NCBI GenBank assembly: GCA_016199605.1 | Contig: JACQGJ010000274.1 | Location: 1 to 32,323, forward strand | Source: Armatimonadota bacterium | Lineage (GTDB): Bacteria; Armatimonadota; Abditibacteriia; CG2-30-59-28 | Reading direction: 5' to 3' | Length of the DNA stretch: 32,323 nucleotides | Part shown: piece by piece, positions 8,321 through 16,154 of the stretch | Numbering within the stretch: the stretch's first letter is position 1 | Layout of the letters: the number at the start of each line of letters is the position of its first letter | Translations under genes and position numbers: made by a program | The notes under the pieces: generated by a model | Databases searched by the model: none | Seen by the model: the letters and a program-made list of their open reading frames with translations, nothing else | Told to the model about the DNA's origin: nothing

Positions 8321-9478
8321 ATGTCAGTTCAAGTGCCAAGAGTGATGCACGTCTTGGGAGGAGAAGCCCAGTCGGGGATAGGGCTGCACGTTCTGTCCCT
8401 GCTGCGTTGTATGAAACTACAGGGAGTCGAGTCCCAAGCCGCCTTCCTTCAGGACAACAGTCTCCTTCGGAGGGCACGGGAAGAAGGTCTCCCCGTGATT
8501 GAAACGTACCGACGAAGTCGATACGATGTGGGCGTCATTCTCCGACTGGCAAGGCTGCTGAAACAGGAAAAGGTGGACCTCGTCCATACTCACGCGACGA
8601 GTGGAAGCTTCTATGGTCGATACGCCGCGCGTCTTGCCCGAGTGCCCGGCATTGTAACCACGGTCCATGCCTTCTCCTGGGAGGTCTTGCGCAATAACCG
8701 AAGGCTCAACTGGTTGACCTATCTATCTACCCATCACAGTTTGGCGGTCCATCGTCGCATCGATCGAGTCGTCGCTGTCTCTTCCGGTGTGAAGCAAGAG
8801 CTTGTGCGCAACGGTCTCTGCGAGGCGAAAATCAGCGTGATTCCATGTGGCTTGGATTGGAGGGAACTGAACGACGATTCGGCGGATAGGAGTGCTTTGA
8901 GGGCTTCGATGGGTTGTCCCGAAAAGACCTTCTTGGTTGGGTTGGTGGGCCGAATAGTGCGACTCAAGAATCCAGAGCTTTTCATCCACATCGGAGAGAG
9001 GTTGGTTCGAGAGGGGCACGACTCCTATTTCGTGCTCATCGGCGACGGACGATTGCGGGAGGAGTTGGAAGAGAAGGTTCGTTCCTCCGGATTCGCGCAT
9101 CGCATTTTGTTTACCGGATGGCGACATGATGCCAAGCAGTTGATCAACGCTCTCGACGTGTTGGTGGTTTGTTCATCGACAGAAACCGGTCCTTTGAGCG
9201 CGATTGAAGCAATGGCCTGCGGAGTTCCCGTTGTGACATCTCCGGTAGGCATGATGCCGGACTTGATCGAATCGGGAGAAAATGGCTACATGGTCGATGC
9301 TCCCTCAGAAGAAGGTTTTGTGGCAGCGTTGAGAAACCTGGCCGAGCACCCCGAGATTTCTTCCAGAATGGGGGAGCTTGCCCGTGCAACAGTCAGAAAG
9401 GGGTTCGATTTGGACAAGACCTCACAGTCTTTGGCTGAGCTATACCGGGAGATCCTCCGCTCCAAGGCTATCGCTTAG
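8321..9478 (+). CDS. Glycosyltransferase, GT4 family (GT-B fold)
   Basis: N-terminus RVMHVLGG..SGIGLHVLSL, VHTHA, and a C-terminal lobe LVGLVGRIVRLKNPELFI..GDG..SSTETGPLSAIEAMACGVPVVTSPVGMMPDLIESGENGYMV. Confidence 0.85.
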   Translation: MSVQVPRVMHVLGGEAQSGIGLHVLSLLRCMKLQGVESQAAFLQDNSLLRRAREEGLPVIETYRRSRYDVGVILRLARLLKQEKVDLVHTHATSGSFYGRYAARLARVPGIVTTVHAFSWEVLRNNRRLNWLTYLSTHHSLAVHRRIDRVVAVSSGVKQELVRNGLCEAKISVIPCGLDWRELNDDSADRSALRASMGCPEKTFLVGLVGRIVRLKNPELFIHIGERLVREGHDSYFVLIGDGRLREELEEKVRSSGFAHRILFTGWRHDAKQLINALDVLVVCSSTETGPLSAIEAMACGVPVVTSPVGMMPDLIESGENGYMVDAPSEEGFVAALRNLAEHPEISSRMGELARATVRKGFDLDKTSQSLAELYREILRSKAIA

Positions 9479-9502
9479 AGGGAAGACACTTGGGCAGCGA
9501 AG

Positions 9503-9913
9503 GTGGTCTCCAAAGTGGGGGACCTTGACGCTTGGGAACAACTTTGGGCAGCGCTCTGGGATCTGCCCCAACAATCTTCGCTTTACACAACCCCATAGTG
9601 GGTCCGCACTTGGTGGGAGAATTTCGGAAGCAAGCGACGACTCCGAGTAATGTTCGCGACTGACGGGGGAAACTTGCAGCTCGTCGCGCTGTTGGTACTA
9701 TCGAAGTACCGAGTGGCCCCCCTTGCTTTTCAGGTTGCCGAATTCCTCGGAGCTCGGTTGTTCGGAACCCTCCATTCGGGGGACGCGGATTTCCCCGAGC
9801 AGCCAACACAAGAGGCAATCACGCACCTGCTGGATCGATGGAGTATCGCCAACTCCTCCCTCATTTCCTGCCCACGGGAAACGGAAGAATACATTGCCAG
9901 GAGAATCCAATAG
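9503..9913 (+). pseudogene. Remnant of a CelD/BioF2-like (Acetyltransf_6-type) GNAT protein: N-terminal part only, with an in-frame TAG at 9596-9598
   Basis: A single frame reads (V)VSKVGDLDAWEQLWAALWDLPQQSSLYTTP-TAG-WVRTWWENFGSKRRLRVMFATDGGNLQLVALLVLSKYRVAPLAFQVAEFLGARLFGTLHSGDADFPEQ. This has the characteristic N-terminal pattern of CelD-like acyltransferases (W..LW...p..s.f.t.eW...Ww..fg....l.v..). It ends after ~137 codons, whereas family members are ~350-400 aa. No ATG start is present. Confidence 0.45.
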
Positions 9914-10039
9914 GAAGCAACCGTTGGGCCAGACGATGGGAACGACAAGTCCGTCTGTAACGAGGTGCAGAAAAATGATGCTCCTAATCGGGGATCAGGC
10001 TTCGTTGCACGTTCGGTTAGAATGTGATAGTTTCTACGT

Positions 10040-11116
10040 ATGTCTGCAAAATCAAAGGTTAGACGCTGCACTCAGTGTGTTCTTCCTGAGCAGTATCCCG
10101 AAATCAGGTTTGACGAATACGGCGTATGCCACCTATGTCGGGCCTACAAGCCGCCACCCGTCAAGGGCGAAGCGGAGTTGAGGAAAATTGTCTCCTCGAA
10201 GAAGGGGCAGAAGTACGATTGTATCGTCGCTCTGAGCGGCGGGAGGGACAGTACGTTTGTCATCTGGTACGTCACAAAGGTACTGCAGTTGAGGACGATC
10301 GCGGCCACTTACGACAACGGCTTTCGTCATCCTCTCGCACTCGAGAACGCCCGCGAAGCGTGCCGCCGCACTGGCGCCGAATTGGCTGAAGTGCGGTCAA
10401 AGGACAACCTCAATGCGCGCATCGCGTCTGCTGCGGTGCAATCCGGCATCCCTTTCGGTCCGGGAGCCTGCCTCCACTTCTGCTGTTATCACTGTTACAA
10501 CGGGGGATTGTCCTTCCTGTACACGATAGTCGACCAGTTCAAGATCCCTTTCATTTTCTGGGGAGACGCATACGTGGAACTCCAGTCGTTCTTGCCCGTT
10601 AAGAGAAAATTCATAGGGTACAAGAAGCCTTTTCAGCACCTGTTCTCATCGCGCTGGTTGAGTTTTCTCAAGATGTTACGACTCATCTCCGCCCAGCGGA
10701 ACGAGTCGAGACCCCCCGGCAACTCGCCTTTCTCCCTGAAGTTCCCCAGACTGAAAGGCCCCTATACCCGGGAGCTGCATCTCTACGACTACATCGAATG
10801 GGACCGGAACAGAATCAAAACGGTGATCTCCGAAGAACTTGGGTGGCAGAAACCGCCTGAAACACTCTCGTCCTGGCGGTTCGATTGTCGGCTGCATGAA
10901 TTGGTGAACTATTGCCACAAGAAAGCCGTCGGCTTCAACCACGGCATTGACGGTCTTGCCAACATGGTGCGTGCCGGCAAGATGACCCGGGACGAAGCCA
11001 TGGACCTGATTGACCAGGGGTACGATTCTGACGAATGGACCGAAGAGGTTGATGATCTCGCGCGCAATAAGCTCAAGTTGACCGATTCCGACATCAGAAC
11101 AATGAAATCTTGGTGA
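10040..11116 (+). CDS. N-acetyl sugar amidotransferase homologue (PP-loop ATP pyrophosphatase; WbuX/PseA/WbpG-like)
   Basis: N-terminal zinc-ribbon-like CTQCVLP...CHLC. PP-loop SGGRDS at 10235-10252 preceded by YDCIVAL. The length (~358 aa) and layout are typical of the family. There is an extra Cys cluster CLHFCCYHC at 10469-10495. Confidence 0.75.
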   Translation: MSAKSKVRRCTQCVLPEQYPEIRFDEYGVCHLCRAYKPPPVKGEAELRKIVSSKKGQKYDCIVALSGGRDSTFVIWYVTKVLQLRTIAATYDNGFRHPLALENAREACRRTGAELAEVRSKDNLNARIASAAVQSGIPFGPGACLHFCCYHCYNGGLSFLYTIVDQFKIPFIFWGDAYVELQSFLPVKRKFIGYKKPFQHLFSSRWLSFLKMLRLISAQRNESRPPGNSPFSLKFPRLKGPYTRELHLYDYIEWDRNRIKTVISEELGWQKPPETLSSWRFDCRLHELVNYCHKKAVGFNHGIDGLANMVRAGKMTRDEAMDLIDQGYDSDEWTEEVDDLARNKLKLTDSDIRTMKSW

Positions 11117-11120
11117 AGTT

Positions 11121-11501
11121 ATGCTGCTCGATGGAAGTACAGGATGCTGCGGTGTGGATTGGGGGCCTCGTCCGGTCTCGCTCTATCGGGTCTTTACGCG
11201 AGCCACCCCTTACGTCTTACTGTTTATCATGGCGTATCCGATGCTCGCCCTCCTCGGCAGGATGGGACCGCCCGCCCGACTGCTGGCCGAGAGGCTTAAC
11301 GAGGGATTCCGCAAGAGCATGGAGATGATCGAGCGCTCTCAAATCCTACCGAAGCAGAAATGCCTCATCAGTGGCAGGCTGTTTGTGCTCTCTCCCCCCC
11401 TTGCCGGGCTGTTTTTCAGGGCCTTTAACCTGGTCGTGCTGGTTCTGATGTGGGTTGCTACTGCTGCCGTTGCGGGTCTGGCCTGCACACTCGTACTGTG
11501 A
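11121..11501 (+). CDS. Hypothetical small membrane protein (126 aa)
   Basis: It fills the gap between two tightly packed genes, starting 4 nt after the upstream stop and ending 34 nt before the next start. It has two or three hydrophobic segments (YVLLFIMAYPMLALLG; FVLSPPLAGLFFRAFNLVVLVLMWVATAAVAGLACTLVL). I recognise no family. Confidence 0.35.
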   Translation: MLLDGSTGCCGVDWGPRPVSLYRVFTRATPYVLLFIMAYPMLALLGRMGPPARLLAERLNEGFRKSMEMIERSQILPKQKCLISGRLFVLSPPLAGLFFRAFNLVVLVLMWVATAAVAGLACTLVL

Positions 11502-11535
11502 GGGCCCCTATGCGTCGAAGTAAAGGACCGTTCCA

Positions 11536-12759
11536 ATGGGCCTCAACGTAGCCCGAATACGAGAAGACTTCCCGTGTCTCTGCCAGGACGGAGCCGGGCG
11601 GGCCCCCGTTTATCTCGACAACGCATGCATGACTCTAAAACCGACGCAAGTGCTGGACGCTATGATGGAGTACTACACCAAGCATCCGTCCTGCCACAAA
11701 AGAGCGATGCACCGTTTCGGAGTGATGACTACAAAGAAATACGCGCGCGCGAGAAGTGTTGTTAAGGAGTATCTGAACGCCCCCAAAGATTCTGAGGTCG
11801 TCTTCACTCGGAACACGACTGAGAGTATCAACCTCGTGGCGAACTCCCTTGACTTGGCAGAAGGGAGTATCGTGCTGATCTCTGATGCCGAGCACAATTC
11901 GAACCTCCTTCCCTGGGTGTTCCTGTGTCAGAGAAGCGGACTGCTTCTCCGGACTTTCCCCGTCCGTCCCGACGGCCCTTTTGAGGGCCTGCAGGAATAT
12001 CGCGAGTGGCTCGAGACCGGAAAGGTGAAACTGGTGAGCACGTTTCACACATCCAACGTGACGGGGGTCACGCTTCCGATCAGGGAAATGGTCTCCTTGG
12101 CTCACCATCACGGCGCCATGTTTTTCCTGGACGCAGCACAGGGGCTCCCTCACCAGCCGATTGACGTGCGTGCTCCGGACGCCGACTTCGTCGCCTTCTC
12201 GTTCCACAAGGCCTTTGGTCCCACGGGTATGGGGGCCCTGTACGGTAAGACGCGGCGACTCGTAGAGCTTCGGCCTTTCCTGGTGGGCGGCGACACCATT
12301 GAGGACGCGGATTACGGTTCCTGCACCTTGTCGCCCATCCCCGAGAGATTCGAGGCAGGTTTGCAGAATTACGCTGGCGTGATCGGTAGCGCTGCAGCGC
12401 TTGAGTATCTCGCGAACGTGGGCATCGCCAATGTCGAACGGCACGAACGCGAACTCAATGAGTTCATCACAGAAGAATTGGCGAAACTCCCAAAGGTCAG
12501 GATCTTGGGGCCGCCGGACGCGGCTTCGAGAAGCTCCATCCTCAGTTTCATTGTGGAGGGGCTGGATTCGGGCGAACTGTCCATTCTGCTGGACAAATCA
12601 GCGAACGTGATGACGCGCAGCGGTGTGCATTGTTGTCATGCCTGGTTTCACAAGTATGACCTGCCTCCATCTCTTCGCGTGTCACTGTCCATCTACAACA
12701 CGCTTGATGAAGCGGAATTACTGGTGCGTACTCTGCACTCCATTGTCAAGCACTTTTGA
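11536..12759 (+). CDS. Cysteine desulfurase-like aminotransferase class V (SufS/CsdA group)
   Basis: VYLDNACMTLKP, RNTTESINLV, SDAEHNSNLLPW, HTSNVTGVTLPIREMVSLAHHHGAMFFLDAAQ, PLP-lysine motif FSFHKAFGPTGMGALYGK (Lys codon 12207-12209), and active-site loop RSGVHCCH (Cys codons 12630-12635). Confidence 0.8.
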   Translation: MGLNVARIREDFPCLCQDGAGRAPVYLDNACMTLKPTQVLDAMMEYYTKHPSCHKRAMHRFGVMTTKKYARARSVVKEYLNAPKDSEVVFTRNTTESINLVANSLDLAEGSIVLISDAEHNSNLLPWVFLCQRSGLLLRTFPVRPDGPFEGLQEYREWLETGKVKLVSTFHTSNVTGVTLPIREMVSLAHHHGAMFFLDAAQGLPHQPIDVRAPDADFVAFSFHKAFGPTGMGALYGKTRRLVELRPFLVGGDTIEDADYGSCTLSPIPERFEAGLQNYAGVIGSAAALEYLANVGIANVERHERELNEFITEELAKLPKVRILGPPDAASRSSILSFIVEGLDSGELSILLDKSANVMTRSGVHCCHAWFHKYDLPPSLRVSLSIYNTLDEAELLVRTLHSIVKHF

Positions 12760-12900
12760 CCGGCTGCAAACGGATCGTCGCAGGCAAGACCTCGTCCCCC
12801 TTGAAACGCGGGTGGAGATCACTCGTTAAGAAATTGATATCAGAGCATCGATCCTCCGAGGGACTCGAAGCGCCGCCCCATAGATTCAGGAAATCGCAGT

Positions 12901-14592
12901 ATGGAAAATCGGAAGATTCTCATCATCGGACTGGATGGGGCGACCTTGGACTTGATCCTGCCCTGGGCGAGGGAAGGCAAGCTCCCGACCCTTGCGAACC
13001 TCATGGACCGGGGCGTTTGGGGCAACTTGCGCTCCACGATTCACGCGCTCACGCCGCAGGCTTGGTCTTCCTTCATGACCGGCAAGAACGCGGGGAAGCA
13101 TGGAGTCTTTGACTTCACGGAACTGAAGCCCGGCACCTACGAGATTCAGTTTATCAATGGCAGTCACCGGCAAGGGGAGTCTTTCTTTCAGATTTTGGGA
13201 AGGGCGGGATTCCCCGTGGGTGTCGTCAATGTGCCCTTTACTTATCCGCCCGAGAGGGTCAATGGGTTCATGATCGCCGGCTTTGATGCGCCGTCTTTGG
13301 ATGACACCATCTCCTGGCCACCGGAGGTCATCAGGGAAGTTATGCAGGAGATTGGAGCCTACTACCACCGCGGCACTTTTCCGCTGGGCACCACGCCGGG
13401 CACCTTCAAGGTAACGAACATCGACCCGGTGATCCAGAACCGGACAGCAGTCGCGACTTACTTGATGCGGAAATATCCCTGGGATGTCTTCATGACCGTG
13501 TTCAATGAGACGGACCATGTCCAGCACTTCTTCTGGAAGGAGATGGAGGGGAAGGGACCGCTTGGGGACCGGTTTAAGGATGTGATCTTGCACACATACC
13601 AGAAAATCGATGAGGCGGTCGGGGCCTTGCTCACCCATGTCGGAAAGGACTGCACGGTGCTCATCATGTCCGACCACGGCGCCGGTCCGCTGAGGAAGAC
13701 GGTATGTCTGAATCGGTGGCTTCGTGACATGGGGTATCTCAAGTACAAGTCCGAAGGCGCGGAGGGCGGCAGGGAACGAGGGCTCAAAGAGTTGCGGTAT
13801 CGGCTTGTTCGGGGGCTGCGTCGAGCTTCCAAGCGGTATCTACCCAACTCAGTGAAGGCCCGACTCCGTCCGATGGTCTCTGACTTAGTCGAGAAGCGTG
13901 ATACTTACTTGCTGTCAAACCAGGTGGACTGGTCCCAGACGCGAGCCTATGCCTTCGGGATCTATGGCAACATTTACCTTAACATTCAGGGACGGGACCG
14001 CGAAGGAATCGTGGCTCCGGGCGATGAGCAGGAAGCCTTGGTCCGAGAGATCACAGGCAAACTGATGGAGCTCAAAGACCCGGAAACGGGGGAACCCGTG
14101 GTTGAACGAGTGTACCGCAGGGAAGAGCTTTACAGCGGTCCCCACACGAGCAAGGCCGCGGATCTGATCGTGATGTTTGAAGACTACGCTTACTTCACCG
14201 AACAGAGCTTCCGTGATTCGGAATCTTCGCTTTTCGGGGATATGCTCATTCAGGACTGTTCCGACTATCCTTTGACCGGAATCCATCGGCTGGAGGGTCT
14301 GTTCATGGCGGCGGGGCCGGGAATCAAACGTGGGCTTAGAATCCCTGAGGCCAGCCTGCTGGATTTGGCGCCGACGATTCTGCATATCATGGGACTCCCC
14401 GTTCCTGAGGACATGGACGGATCCGTCCTTCGGTCCATCTTCGAAGAGGGCAGCGATCTGGAGAGGCGGCCTGTGATGTACGAGAAACCTTCGGCCACCG
14501 ACGACGGTGATGATCGGTCGCTGCGACCTTACTCGGAAGAAGAATCCCAGGAGATGTACGACCACCTCAAAGGTCTGGGCTATGTGAGCTAA
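12901..14592 (+). CDS. Alkaline-phosphatase-superfamily protein (type I phosphodiesterase/nucleotide pyrophosphatase-like), paralogue 1
   Basis: Metal-site pattern ILIIGLDGAT (Asp codon 12934-12936). Nucleophile region ALTPQAWSSFMTGKNAGKHGVFDF, then LIMSDHGAG and GIHRLEG. C-terminal tail YSEEESQEMYDHLKGLGYVS. It aligns end to end with 19019-20773 and 20780-22525. There is no room for a signal peptide. Confidence 0.8.
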   Translation: MENRKILIIGLDGATLDLILPWAREGKLPTLANLMDRGVWGNLRSTIHALTPQAWSSFMTGKNAGKHGVFDFTELKPGTYEIQFINGSHRQGESFFQILGRAGFPVGVVNVPFTYPPERVNGFMIAGFDAPSLDDTISWPPEVIREVMQEIGAYYHRGTFPLGTTPGTFKVTNIDPVIQNRTAVATYLMRKYPWDVFMTVFNETDHVQHFFWKEMEGKGPLGDRFKDVILHTYQKIDEAVGALLTHVGKDCTVLIMSDHGAGPLRKTVCLNRWLRDMGYLKYKSEGAEGGRERGLKELRYRLVRGLRRASKRYLPNSVKARLRPMVSDLVEKRDTYLLSNQVDWSQTRAYAFGIYGNIYLNIQGRDREGIVAPGDEQEALVREITGKLMELKDPETGEPVVERVYRREELYSGPHTSKAADLIVMFEDYAYFTEQSFRDSESSLFGDMLIQDCSDYPLTGIHRLEGLFMAAGPGIKRGLRIPEASLLDLAPTILHIMGLPVPEDMDGSVLRSIFEEGSDLERRPVMYEKPSATDDGDDRSLRPYSEEESQEMYDHLKGLGYVS

Positions 14593-14610
14593 TGTGAAAG
14601 CAGATAATCA

Positions 14611-16131
14611 ATGAGCACGATGTCCGCTACGCAGTGCAATCCCTATGCTGGCAACGCTCGGCGTCTGGTGTGGCTCTACCTGCCCCTGATTGTCCTGGGC
14701 TGCACCTACGCCTATGGGTTTGCCGCATATCCCCCTTACGCAGTCATGGCCCTCGTTGGGTTGCTGGCTCTGGTGCCGGTCTTGCTGCGGACGGATCTTG
14801 TCGTTGTGAGTCTGTTCTTTCTAATCCTTATGGGGAGGCTGCAGTACATCGATGCCGGGGGGCAGTTAACCGTATCGAAAATCGTGGTGGCCTTGGTGGG
14901 GGTCATCTGGCTCGGCAAGATGATCATCACGCGCGATGGCAGTCCCTTACGTCAAGCAATGGCAAGCCCGGTTTCCATCTGTCTGTATCTATTTCTGATC
15001 GTCAGTTTCATCAGTTTCATAAACGTAACGCCGAAGGCTCTCACTTACTCTGTGAGGTATTACATGCGCGGTATATTCCTGCTGATGATGTACTGGCTGA
15101 TGGTTCATTATATCCGAACTTCCACACGCTTCAAGCAAGCCATGGCCCTGATGGTGATCGCCGGAGTCCTGGTCTGTTTCATGGGTTTCTATGAAGTCAA
15201 GACACACAAGTCGATCGCAACGTTAGTCGGGCGGAATACGACCTTGATCTCTGGCGGGGACGCGGGACTTGAGACCTCAATCCGAACGGGTCCTACCGCC
15301 AATGTCACTGGCATCGACGTGCAGTCCGCGATGTCGAAAGCGACGGGGGCCCAATGGGCTCGTCCGATGACCACCTTCGTGGATTCCAACCACATGGCCC
15401 TTTCCCTCGTGGGAATCCTCGGGTACACGATCGCGCTCTTCCTGATTGCGGGATCGAAGAGGATGCGCGGTTGGTTGGCAATGGCCATGCTGGTCATGAT
15501 CCCGAACATTCTCTGTACCGGATCGCGCACGGGGTTGGCTTGTATGCTCCTATTGATTCTGCTGCTAATTGCCATGTCCAAGCTGCGAGGCAAAATCCCG
15601 ATCGGGATCACGTTCCTGGCTGTGGCTGCGTGCGTCATGCTGCTCTTTCCCGACACGATGAAGCAGTTCCGGAAGGGGGTCACGACCGATGATCCTCGCT
15701 CCGGACTCTGGCACATGGCGTTGTCCATGGTTAGGGAACACCCACTGGTCGGCGTGGGGCCCGGAAACTTCGTCTACAGGTATATGGAGTATCGATTACC
15801 CTACAAAGCGCCCAAGGCGTATATGGTCCGTTTCACTGCGGGATCTCGGTATATGACTGTCCTCGCAGAGAACGGGATATTCGGCTTGCTGGCCTGGCTG
15901 GCGTTGATGTTTTCCAGCATCTATGTCTTCTACCGTTACAGCCGATATGCTCCCACTCAGGAATGGCGAGACATCTCCAAGTGCCTGTTCGCAGTCACGA
16001 TCTGCTACGCACTCATGGCAGTTGTGCACGACTTCCAGTACGACCAGAGCTTGTGGGAACTATTCGTATTTGCAACCGTCTTACCAGCCGTTACGGCCGA
16101 GGCTGAGAAGCTTCCCGAAGCCCAATCTTGA
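14611..16131 (+). CDS. O-antigen ligase / Wzy-like polysaccharide polymerase (Wzy_C family)
   Basis: Polytopic membrane protein with ~10-12 TM segments. It has the typical segment CTGSRTGLACMLLLILLLIAM, a large loop, and HPLVGVGPGNFVY. Confidence 0.75.
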   Translation: MSTMSATQCNPYAGNARRLVWLYLPLIVLGCTYAYGFAAYPPYAVMALVGLLALVPVLLRTDLVVVSLFFLILMGRLQYIDAGGQLTVSKIVVALVGVIWLGKMIITRDGSPLRQAMASPVSICLYLFLIVSFISFINVTPKALTYSVRYYMRGIFLLMMYWLMVHYIRTSTRFKQAMALMVIAGVLVCFMGFYEVKTHKSIATLVGRNTTLISGGDAGLETSIRTGPTANVTGIDVQSAMSKATGAQWARPMTTFVDSNHMALSLVGILGYTIALFLIAGSKRMRGWLAMAMLVMIPNILCTGSRTGLACMLLLILLLIAMSKLRGKIPIGITFLAVAACVMLLFPDTMKQFRKGVTTDDPRSGLWHMALSMVREHPLVGVGPGNFVYRYMEYRLPYKAPKAYMVRFTAGSRYMTVLAENGIFGLLAWLALMFSSIYVFYRYSRYAPTQEWRDISKCLFAVTICYALMAVVHDFQYDQSLWELFVFATVLPAVTAEAEKLPEAQS

Positions 16132-16154
16132 TGGGACCATGAGGTGACAACAGA

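Noticed and set aside
7726-8502. 258-aa plus-strand ORF in an alternative frame across the deacetylase and the GT4 start.
   Set aside because: It overlaps two motif-supported genes, its composition is Arg/Gly/Ser-rich, and it has no domain signature.
434-9598. The idea that the two in-frame stops (TGA 434, TAG 9596) indicate an alternative genetic code.
   Set aside because: Both TGA (ends at 2863, 11116 and 12759) and TAG (ends at 9478 and 20773) terminate well-supported genes at the expected protein ends. Two different stop codons are involved. Pseudogenisation or sequencing error is the simpler explanation.
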